A stretch of 64,000 nt of DNA. Origin: Bacilli bacterium (GTDB lineage Bacteria > Bacillota_I > Bacilli_A > RF39 > UBA660). The DNA lies in NCBI GenBank assembly GCA_017934595.1, contig JAGBJG010000002.1, positions 1,846 through 65,845 of the forward strand, read 5' to 3'. Shown piece after piece: positions 56,375 through 64,000 of this stretch; position 1 is the stretch's first letter, and each line of letters begins with the position of its first letter. The notes under the pieces are model-generated. The model was not told the origin of the DNA and did no database searches. It saw only the letters and a program-made list of their open reading frames with translations. The position numbers were made by a program, and so were the translations under genes.

Positions 56375-57280
56375 CTTACTTCTTATCTTATCGGCTAAAT
56401 CTTTTATTTTTTTAAGTCTATGATGCAATCCTGATTTAGTAATAGGATTTCCTGTTTCAATTGATATAATTTCACTTAATTCTTGAAGTGATACCTCAGG
56501 ATATTTTTTTCTATATATAGCAACTTCTTTTACTTTATCGTCTAATAAATCTAACCCACCTATTGATTCAATAAGTTCAATGTCAGATACTTCTTTAGAT
56601 GCAGATGCAATCATCTTATCTACATTAGCTTGTTCACAGTTATTTAATCTATTAGTCATGTTTTTATGATCACGATATATTCTCATATCTTCGAAATAAA
56701 ATAACGCAGTTGTGGCATTAATAATTCTTAAAAAATCTCCTATTTTTTCGGCTTCTTTGATATATACCATATATCTATTTTCATGTTTTAAATATTTTGC
56801 GTTTAAATTAAACGTATTAAGTAAATCTGTTAAAAATGAAGCATATTCTTCACTACTAACTACAAATTCTAAGTGATATCTTGATGTTTTTGGGTCATTA
56901 ATGCTTCCACACATAGTGAATACACCTTTTAGATAATATCTAGATATCTCATTATCATCAGTTATAAATGACTTAGGTATTATGCCATTATCTAAACCTG
57001 TATCTCTTAAAATAATATCTTTTTTATCTGTTATTTCAATTATATATAATAACTTTTTATTATAATTATAACCTTTTCTGACTGTTACTTTAGGATATAT
57101 TGTATATAATTCTTTTACTAAATTATATACATATCTAGCCACAGATGCATTTTCTGTAGAAATTTTTATATTATCACCAATTGAACTATTACTAATAATA
57201 GCTGATAATAATGAGATATTACCAGCTTCATTAAATTCATGTTTACTTATTTCGTTTTTAACATCGCCTGTAAAAGACAT
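56366..57280 (-). CDS. whiA: DNA-binding protein WhiA
   Basis: MSFTGDVKNEIS ... LAGLIDADG-like domains, C-terminal HTH (TKSGLHHRLKKI). Start moved to ATG 57280. Confidence 0.93.
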   Translation of the reverse strand: MSFTGDVKNEISKHEFNEAGNISLLSAIISNSSIGDNIKISTENASVARYVYNLVKELYTIYPKVTVRKGYNYNKKLLYIIEITDKKDIILRDTGLDNGIIPKSFITDDNEISRYYLKGVFTMCGSINDPKTSRYHLEFVVSSEEYASFLTDLLNTFNLNAKYLKHENRYMVYIKEAEKIGDFLRIINATTALFYFEDMRIYRDHKNMTNRLNNCEQANVDKMIASASKEVSDIELIESIGGLDLLDDKVKEVAIYRKKYPEVSLQELSEIISIETGNPITKSGLHHRLKKIKDLADKIRSKDN

Positions 57281-57299
57281 TATTATCACCTACTAACTT

Positions 57300-58094
57300 T
57301 TATTCTGTTGAATTATATTGATCTTCTAATTTAAAACCCCTTAATTTTATTACAATTAAAATAATTCCAACAATTATCATAACGATTGATATTAGTTGCG
57401 CCATTTTAATATTTCCCAACATTAAACTATCAGTACGCATCTTTTCAATAAATAATCTTCCAACTCCATACCATATAAAATAAGTACCTGTTATTTGACC
57501 AATTTTAATATATTTTAATCTTCTTATTATAAGTAATACTATAAATCCTATAAAACACCAAATTGATTCATATAAAAATGTTGGTTCATAGTATACACCA
57601 TTTATATTCATTCCTTCAACTATAAATTTAAATGGAATAAATTTTGATAAAGCTTCAGCCGTTGTTACAGCACCATAAGCTTCACCATTAAAGAAATTAC
57701 CCCATCTACCTATAGCTTGACCTAAAATTAAACTTACTACTAAGATATCAGTCATTCTACCGATGCTTATGTTATGTTTTAAACAATATAGCATAACAAA
57801 TAGTAAACCAGCTAAAATACCTCCATGTATAGCAAGTCCACCTTCCCATACTTCAAGTATTTCAATTAGATTTTGACTATAGTATGACCAATTAAAAGCA
57901 ACATAATATAATCTAGCTCCTATGATTGATATAGGGATTAAATAGAAAAACATATTAATCATTTTATCTTCACTTATATGCCATTTCTTACCTTCATGAA
58001 GGGCTAAAGTGCCACCTATTAATAATGCGACAAAAATTAATACTGAATACCAATATATTTGTATAAATCCAAAATCAAATAATACACGATTCAT
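57300..58094 (-). CDS. lgt: Prolipoprotein diacylglyceryl transferase
   Basis: IYWYSVLI, HGGILAGLL, GRWGNFFNGEAYG. Confidence 0.95.
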   Translation of the reverse strand: MNRVLFDFGFIQIYWYSVLIFVALLIGGTLALHEGKKWHISEDKMINMFFYLIPISIIGARLYYVAFNWSYYSQNLIEILEVWEGGLAIHGGILAGLLFVMLYCLKHNISIGRMTDILVVSLILGQAIGRWGNFFNGEAYGAVTTAEALSKFIPFKFIVEGMNINGVYYEPTFLYESIWCFIGFIVLLIIRRLKYIKIGQITGTYFIWYGVGRLFIEKMRTDSLMLGNIKMAQLISIVMIIVGIILIVIKLRGFKLEDQYNSTE

Positions 58095-58118
58095 ATAATC
58101 ATCTCCTATTATATTATA

Positions 58119-60071
58119 CTATGATTCGCTTTGCATTTCAAACAACGCATCACGTAATTCCATAGCCCTTTCAAAATCAAGAGCTTTAGCTGCTTTTTTC
58201 ATTTCATTTTCTAATTCAGCCATAATTTCTTCTTTTTGTTTCTTAGTTAATTTTTGTTCTGTTTTTACAGTATCTTTTATATTATTAGATATAACATCTT
58301 TAATATCTTTAATAATTGTTTTTGGAATAATATTATGTTCTTTATTATATGCTTCTTGAATAGTTCTACGTCTATTAGTTTCTGTAATAGCTTTATTCAT
58401 AGAATCACTCATCTCATCAGCATACATGATGACTCTACCATTAGCATTTCTAGCAGCACGACCAATAATTTGGATTAAACTTCTTTCACTTCTTAAGAAT
58501 CCCTGTTTATCTGCATCCATAATCGCTATTAAACTTACCTCAGGAACATCTATTCCTTCTCTAAGTAAGTTAATACCTACTAATACATCATATTTTCCTA
58601 ATCTTAAATCTCTTATAATTTGTAATCTTTCTAAAGTCTTTATTTCATTATGTAAATACGCTACTTTTATATCTAATTTTCTTAAGTAAGTAGTTAATTC
58701 CTCAGCCATTCTTATAGTTAAAGTAGTAATGATTGTTCTTTCATTCTTTTTAACTTGAGCATCTATTTCACTTACTAAATCGTCGATTTGACCTTCTATT
58801 CTTCTAACATCTATTTTTGGATCTAATAATCCTGTAGGTCTAATTATTTGTTCATATACATGTCCTTTAGATATTTCTAATTCATAATCTCCCGGTGTAG
58901 CTGAAACATATATTGCCTGATTTAATTTCTTTTCAAATTCATCAAATTTTAATGGCCTATTATCCAAAGCACTTGGAAGTCTAAATCCATAATCAACTAA
59001 AGATTCTTTTCTGGCCCTATCACCATTATACATACCTCTAACCTGAGGTAGTGTTACGTGAGATTCATCCACAACTAAAAGGAAATCTTCAGGGAAGAAA
59101 TCTATTAATGTTGTTGGTGTATCACCTGGATTTCTAAGCGATAATGGAGCTGAATAGTTTTCTACACCCCTACAAGTACCTGTTTCTTTTAACATTTCTA
59201 TATCATAATTAGTTCTTTCTTGCAGTCTTTGATATTCTAGTAATTTATTATTTTCTTTGAAATATTTAAGTCTATCCTCTAATTCTTTTTCAATTCTTTC
59301 AATAGCAACTTTTAATTTATCTTCACTTGTTACGAAGTGTGTAGCTGGGAATATTGATACACTATTTTTTCTATTAACAATACTACCTGTAACAGTATCA
59401 AATTCAACAATCGAATCAACTGTATCACCAAAGAAATCAATACGATATCCTTTATCATGCATATTAGCAGGTATTACTTCTAAAGTATCACCATGAACAC
59501 GGAATGTTCCTCTTTTTAAGTCGATATTATTTCTTTCATATAACATATCAACTAACTTTTCCATGACAATATTTCTATCAACTTCATCATTAAGAGAAAG
59601 AGTTAACATATGTTTTTCATAATCTTCTTTTTCACCTATACCATAAATACATGATACAGAAGCAACTACAATAGTATCTCTATATTTTAAAAGTGAAGAT
59701 GTGGCTGAATGTCTAAGTTCATCTATTTCATCATTAATTGATGCATCTTTTTCAATATAAGTATCTGATTTAGCTACATATGCCTCTGGTTGATAATAAT
59801 CGTAGTAGGAAACAAAATATTCTACATGATTATTTGGAAATATTTCCTTTAATTCAGCATATAATTGTCCAGCTAAAGTTTTGTTATGCGCAAGTATTAG
59901 TGTTGGTTTGTCTACTTCTTTGATAACATTAGCTATCGTAAAAGTTTTACCTGTACCAGTAGCTCCTAATAAAACTTGATTTTTAACCCCGTTATTAATA
60001 CCTGATACAAGTTCACTTATTGCCTTTGGTTGATCACCACTAGGTTTATACTTCGATACTATCTCAAACAT
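58119..60071 (-). CDS. uvrB: Excinuclease ABC subunit B
   Basis: [26 protein letters not shown]-terminal UVR domain ([12 protein letters not shown]). Confidence 0.97.
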   Translation of the reverse strand: MFEIVSKYKPSGDQPKAISELVSGINNGVKNQVLLGATGTGKTFTIANVIKEVDKPTLILAHNKTLAGQLYAELKEIFPNNHVEYFVSYYDYYQPEAYVAKSDTYIEKDASINDEIDELRHSATSSLLKYRDTIVVASVSCIYGIGEKEDYEKHMLTLSLNDEVDRNIVMEKLVDMLYERNNIDLKRGTFRVHGDTLEVIPANMHDKGYRIDFFGDTVDSIVEFDTVTGSIVNRKNSVSIFPATHFVTSEDKLKVAIERIEKELEDRLKYFKENNKLLEYQRLQERTNYDIEMLKETGTCRGVENYSAPLSLRNPGDTPTTLIDFFPEDFLLVVDESHVTLPQVRGMYNGDRARKESLVDYGFRLPSALDNRPLKFDEFEKKLNQAIYVSATPGDYELEISKGHVYEQIIRPTGLLDPKIDVRRIEGQIDDLVSEIDAQVKKNERTIITTLTIRMAEELTTYLRKLDIKVAYLHNEIKTLERLQIIRDLRLGKYDVLVGINLLREGIDVPEVSLIAIMDADKQGFLRSERSLIQIIGRAARNANGRVIMYADEMSDSMNKAITETNRRRTIQEAYNKEHNIIPKTIIKDIKDVISNNIKDTVKTEQKLTKKQKEEIMAELENEMKKAAKALDFERAMELRDALFEMQSES

Positions 60072-60122
60072 ATTATCCCTCCTTTCTTTAATATGTGCGT
60101 TTTTAATATTTTATCATAAATT

Positions 60123-60150
60123 AAATAAAAAAGGATGTTTTTAACATCCT
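60123..60150 (-). terminator. Intrinsic terminator after noc
   Basis: AGGATGTT TTT AACATCCT hairpin overlapping the stop, followed by a U-run. Confidence 0.7.
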
Positions 60151-61678
60151 ATTTATCAATTTTAATTATTACTTGATAGATTGAATCTAAATCAATTTCA
60201 TCAGCATCAACAGAATAACCTAATGATTCTAATTTAGATACTGCTTCCCTAATAACATTAACTGCTGCCATAACATTTTTCACTTGTGGTTTTGGAGCAA
60301 TTATTTCATCACTTGAATTACTTGAAAGATCAACTTCTCCAGGAATTAATGTTGATGTGTTATTTGATACTTGTGCTGTTGGAGTTGGAACTGTTATAGT
60401 TGGTTCCGGCATTACAGATGCTGCAGTATCATTAAAGTTTGTATATTGTGTAGGTGCTGGGATGATAACTTCTTCATCCTCAATTTTAGTTTGTTTTGCA
60501 AACATATCATCAAAATTAGGAACTGCAACCGGTTCTTGTGGTTTTGGTTCAGCTTCTACAAAATTATTGAAATTAAATCCTACACCAGGATTAACTTGTG
60601 GTTTTTCCTCTACTTTTTCTTCTACAGGTGCGAAATTAAAGAATCTATTTGTAGATTGCTCTGGTGCTGGTGCAGCCTCTTCTACTACTGGAGCAGGTGT
60701 TGGGGCAACTACGTCAGATTTTAATAAAGCATCCATATCTGCAAGTGGTTTTTCTTCAAATACTGGTGCTGCCTGTGATTCAATTTTATTTAAATCTGTT
60801 TGTTCTACATTAATATTTTCTACCTTTTCTGCTTGTTCAGATGATATCACAGTTGATTCATTAGCTCCTGTAACAGCTTTCATAGGCTCTACTGGTGCAC
60901 TAAATCCAAATATTGAAGGCGCAGCTGGCGTCTCATTTATTTCGATTGGTTTTACTTCATTTACTACTGGAATATCAGCTATAGGTTCTTCTACAACTGG
61001 TGCTTCTTCTACAGTAGGAATTGATGCAACTGGATTCATATTGTTAAAACTATTCATATTATCACTATTTAACATCTTTTCAATCTCCTCGTCTGTTTTT
61101 CTAACAGTTAATCTCTCATTTATAATTCTTTTTAACATGATTTTTTGATCAGCATTATCTTTTAATTTTAATAATGATCTAGCATGTCTTTCAGATATTT
61201 TATTTTGAAGTAATGCTTCTTGAACATCTTCATCTAAATTAAGTAATCTTATTTTATTAGCTATTGTTGATTGAGTTTTACCAAGTTTTTGAGCTAAAGC
61301 TTCTTGTTTGATATAACCCATATCCAATATTTTTTTATAACTAATTGCTTCCTCGATTGGAGTTAAATTAGCTCTTTGGACATTTTCTATTAATGCCACT
61401 TCTACCGTATCTTTATCATTTAAACTCATTATAATAGCTGGTATAGTTGTTTTATTTGCTAAGACACTAGCTTTATATCTTCTTTCGCCGGCTATTATTT
61501 CATATTTATCTCCTATTGGTCTTACTAGTATTGGTTGAAATACCCCATGATTTTTGATTGATTCACTTAACTCATATATAGAATCATCATCAAATTTAAT
61601 ACGTGGTTGGTATCTATTAGGCAATATGTCATCAATAGGCAAATCTATAACTTTTTTTACACTACTATCATCAGCCAT
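60149..61678 (-). CDS. noc: Nucleoid occlusion protein Noc (ParB paralogue) with long low-complexity insertion
   Basis: ILPNRYQPR, IIAGERRYKAS, QSTIANKIRLL, ISERHARSL and the C-terminal VNVIREAVSKLESLGYSVDADEIDLDSIYQVIIKIDK all parallel B. subtilis Noc. Adjacent to rsmG. Residues about 204-466 are P/V/E/A/N-rich. Confidence 0.85.
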   Translation of the reverse strand: MADDSSVKKVIDLPIDDILPNRYQPRIKFDDDSIYELSESIKNHGVFQPILVRPIGDKYEIIAGERRYKASVLANKTTIPAIIMSLNDKDTVEVALIENVQRANLTPIEEAISYKKILDMGYIKQEALAQKLGKTQSTIANKIRLLNLDEDVQEALLQNKISERHARSLLKLKDNADQKIMLKRIINERLTVRKTDEEIEKMLNSDNMNSFNNMNPVASIPTVEEAPVVEEPIADIPVVNEVKPIEINETPAAPSIFGFSAPVEPMKAVTGANESTVISSEQAEKVENINVEQTDLNKIESQAAPVFEEKPLADMDALLKSDVVAPTPAPVVEEAAPAPEQSTNRFFNFAPVEEKVEEKPQVNPGVGFNFNNFVEAEPKPQEPVAVPNFDDMFAKQTKIEDEEVIIPAPTQYTNFNDTAASVMPEPTITVPTPTAQVSNNTSTLIPGEVDLSSNSSDEIIAPKPQVKNVMAAVNVIREAVSKLESLGYSVDADEIDLDSIYQVIIKIDK

Positions 61679-61745
61679 ACGTACTCCCCTTTTTATCTAT
61701 TCTAATAATAGTTTACCCTATTTTTTAAAATAAAGCAATATCTTT

Positions 61746-61769
61746 GGGAAATATTTTGGGAAATATTTT
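61746..61769. repeat. Tandem 12-mer GGGAAATATTTT x2 upstream of noc
   Basis: Exact direct repeat 61746-61757 / 61758-61769; each unit contains the palindrome AAATATTT. Confidence 0.6.
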
Positions 61770-61774
61770 TAGCC

Positions 61775-61805
61775 CTTAAAAAACCACCTATTATCTAAGT
61801 GGTTT
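61775..61805 (-). terminator. Intrinsic terminator after rsmG
   Basis: AAACCAC / GTGGTTT stem (61781-61787/61799-61805) overlapping the stop, followed by a short U-run. Confidence 0.55.
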
Positions 61806-62495
61806 CTTTTTAATTTCAACATATTTCCTGGGAAATACCTTGTTTGTAATACTTATTTTTTTAAATTTCATTAAAGCCCTATTACTATTTTCAAATGGCA
61901 ATAAAAATGTAACTATTTTATCTAACTCTATATTTAATTTTTTATAAATATCTTTTAAATCATTTAATTCATCTTTACTACTTTTCATAGCTATAAAGTA
62001 TCCATCTACTTTTACTAATGGTATAGCGTATTCTAATAAAACAGGTAGACTAGCAACTGCTCTAGCTACTACTATATCATATATTTCCCTATTTTTAACA
62101 CCATATTCTTCTATTCTAGCAGAAATAGTCTCAATATTTTCTAATTTTAATTCTTTTATAACTTCATTTAAAAAGTTAATTCTTTTATTTAATGAATCTA
62201 CTAAAGTTACTTTTATTTCTGGAAAAACTATTTTTATAACTAATCCAGGAAATCCAGCACCTGTACCGATATCACATAATGTCTCAACTTTATTTAAATC
62301 TATTACTTTCATTAAAGTTAAACTATCATAGAAATGTTTTAAATAGACATCTTCCTTTTTAGTAATACCGGTAAGATTCATCTTAAGATTCCATTCAACT
62401 AATAATTCAAAATATCTTTCTAAATTAGATAATTTTTTATCATCTAGTTCAATTCCTATTTTAGATAATTCTTCGATAAAATCATTTATGGTCAT
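61791..62495 (-). CDS. rsmG: 16S rRNA (guanine527-N7)-methyltransferase RsmG (GidB)
   Basis: NLTGITKKEDVYLKHFYDS ... DIGTGAGFPGLV; downstream of mnmG. Confidence 0.95.
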   Translation of the reverse strand: MTINDFIEELSKIGIELDDKKLSNLERYFELLVEWNLKMNLTGITKKEDVYLKHFYDSLTLMKVIDLNKVETLCDIGTGAGFPGLVIKIVFPEIKVTLVDSLNKRINFLNEVIKELKLENIETISARIEEYGVKNREIYDIVVARAVASLPVLLEYAIPLVKVDGYFIAMKSSKDELNDLKDIYKKLNIELDKIVTFLLPFENSNRALMKFKKISITNKVFPRKYVEIKKKPLR

Positions 62496-64000
62496 AATGA
62501 TACTCCTTTTTTAAATATATCATTATAAGTGATATATCTGTAGGGTTAACACCGCTTATTCTTAAAGCTTGTCCTAAAGATGTAGGTCTTACTTCGTTTA
62601 ATTTTTGTTTAGCCTCTGAAGCTAAATTATGAATTTTGGTGTAATCAATATCTTCTGGTATTTTTTGGTTATCTAAATCTTTCATTTTAGCTGCTTCTTT
62701 ATAAGCTTTAGCTATATATCCCTCATATTTAATACTAATTTCTACTTGTTCTTTTACCTCTTCATCAAATGGAATTTCACATACTTTTTCTAAAATTTCC
62801 ATAGTAATTTCTGGTCTTCTTAAAATATCATATAATGTAATACCATCTTTTAATGTAGTTGAATTAATACTTTCTAAAAACTCATTAGTTTTAGCTGTAG
62901 GAGTTAATTTGTTTTTCTTTAAATAATCTTTTAATTCTTCTATTTTACTAAGTTTTTCATTTAATCTATTATTTTGTTCTTCACTAATTAATCCTACTTG
63001 ATAACCATATTTTCTAAGTCTTAAATCAGCATTATCATGTCTTAATAATAATCTATATTCAGCTCTTGAAGTAAGTAATCTATATGGATCTCTTATACCT
63101 TTAGTTACTAAATCATCTATTAATACACCAATATATGCTTCATCTCTACCTAATATTAATGGTTCTTTACCTTCTACTTTTAATGACGCATTTATACCAG
63201 CCATCAAACCTTGACATGCTGCTTCTTCATATCCTGATGTGCCATTAATTTGACCTGCTGTAAATAAGCCTTCAATTAATTTAGTTTCTAATGATTGTTT
63301 TAATTGTGTTGGATATATTGAATCATACTCAATGGCATAAGCATATTTTAATATTTTAGCATTTTCTAATCCTTCTAAACTATGTACCATTTCTTCTTGT
63401 ACATCATAAGGCATAGATGTAGAAAAACCTTGAATATAAATTGTATTTCCATATGTTGGATCAGTTAAGACATTACTTTCTGGTTCCAAGAATAGTTGAT
63501 GTCTTTCTTTATCAGCGAATCTAACTATCTTATCTTCTATAGATGGGCAATATCTTGGACCTACTCCTTTAATATCATCAAGTCCACCATACATAGATGC
63601 TTTTGATAAATTATCTCTTATTATTTTATGTGTTTTGGCATTAGTATAAACTAAATGACATGGAACTTGTTCTTCAATCTTATATTTAGGTTTATCATCA
63701 AAACTAAATGTATGATATTCTTGATCGCCTAATTCTAATTTAGTTTTACTATAATCTATTGAATCTTTATCTACTCTAGCTGGAGTTCCTGTCTTAAGTC
63801 TTACAATTTTGAAACCTAATTTAGCTAAGTTATCTGATAAATGCATAGATGGTCTTTCACCATGTGGTCCTCTTCTAGTTCTTGTAGATCCAACTAATAT
63901 ATCTGCTTTTAAGTATGTACCTGTAGTTAATACGACAGCTTTAGAAGTTATTTTAGTACCATCTTCTAAGATAACTCCCTTTATTTTATTATCTTCTACA
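62482..64000 (-). CDS. mnmG: tRNA uridine 5-carboxymethylaminomethyl modification enzyme MnmG (GidA), 5'-truncated by the window edge
   Basis: The frame stays open upstream of the ORF-track Met to position 64000 (…VLTTGTYLKADILVGSTRTRRGPHGERPS MHLSDNL…). GPRYCPSIEDK and QINGTSGYEEAA motifs. Confidence 0.95.
   Translation of the reverse strand, partial: VEDNKIKGVILEDGTKITSKAVVLTTGTYLKADILVGSTRTRRGPHGERPSMHLSDNLAKLGFKIVRLKTGTPARVDKDSIDYSKTKLELGDQEYHTFSFDDKPKYKIEEQVPCHLVYTNAKTHKIIRDNLSKASMYGGLDDIKGVGPRYCPSIEDKIVRFADKERHQLFLEPESNVLTDPTYGNTIYIQGFSTSMPYDVQEEMVHSLEGLENAKILKYAYAIEYDSIYPTQLKQSLETKLIEGLFTAGQINGTSGYEEAACQGLMAGINASLKVEGKEPLILGRDEAYIGVLIDDLVTKGIRDPYRLLTSRAEYRLLLRHDNADLRLRKYGYQVGLISEEQNNRLNEKLSKIEELKDYLKKNKLTPTAKTNEFLESINSTTLKDGITLYDILRRPEITMEILEKVCEIPFDEEVKEQVEISIKYEGYIAKAYKEAAKMKDLDNQKIPEDIDYTKIHNLASEAKQKLNEVRPTSLGQALRISGVNPTDISLIMIYLKKEYHYDHK

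Noticed and set aside
60357-61148. 263-aa and 117-aa plus-strand ORFs opposite noc.
   Set aside because: They arise because the low-complexity P/V/E/A-coding insertion of noc lacks stop codons on the opposite strand. The translations are G/S/T/A/C-rich repeats with no start context.

Overview
This is a very AT-rich chromosomal segment from an endospore-forming low-GC Firmicute. The taxon cannot be fixed from sequence alone; gene order looks Clostridia/Erysipelotrichia-like. The segment appears origin-proximal: mnmG-rsmG-noc sit at the right edge, and soj-spo0J, rpsF-ssb-rpsR and rplI-dnaB are also present. Nearly all genes are on the minus strand.

Core content:
- The complete S10-spc-alpha ribosomal protein cluster (rpsJ to rplQ, about 12.5-26.5 kb), with no rpmD/L30 gene.
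- ecfA1-ecfA2-ecfT-truA and rplM-rpsI.
- Sporulation genes: spoIIR, spoIID, a spoIIQ-like gene, spoIIID and a cotJ operon.
- Envelope genes: murA, ddl, tagO-like, lgt, two GT2 genes and two M23-type proteins.
- uvrB, whiA, typA, ychF, mscL, an MscS-family gene and one tRNA-His.

Accessory or unusual content:
1. A compact type III toxin-antitoxin-like module inserted between truA and rplM. It consists of a promoter, two 48-nt GC-rich tandem repeats plus a partial copy, a terminator, and a ToxN/AbiQ/CptN-like 157-aa ORF.
2. A MobV relaxase gene at the left edge, abutting a 42-codon N-terminal stump of a CwlD-like amidase. A mobilisable element appears to have disrupted cwlD.
3. A Noc orthologue with a roughly 260-residue low-complexity insertion, uncoupled from soj-spo0J.
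4. A short UvrD/helicase IV-like helicase with a tightly coupled 74-aa ORF.
5. Smaller items: structured ribosomal-protein leaders, a CIRCE-like operator on hsp20, an apparent CotJA-CotJB fusion, and an L3 with an acidic tail.

All protein calls rest on motif recognition by eye and gene order. No database search or computation was possible. Several ORF-track starts were moved to the first start codon with a plausible Shine-Dalgarno sequence.
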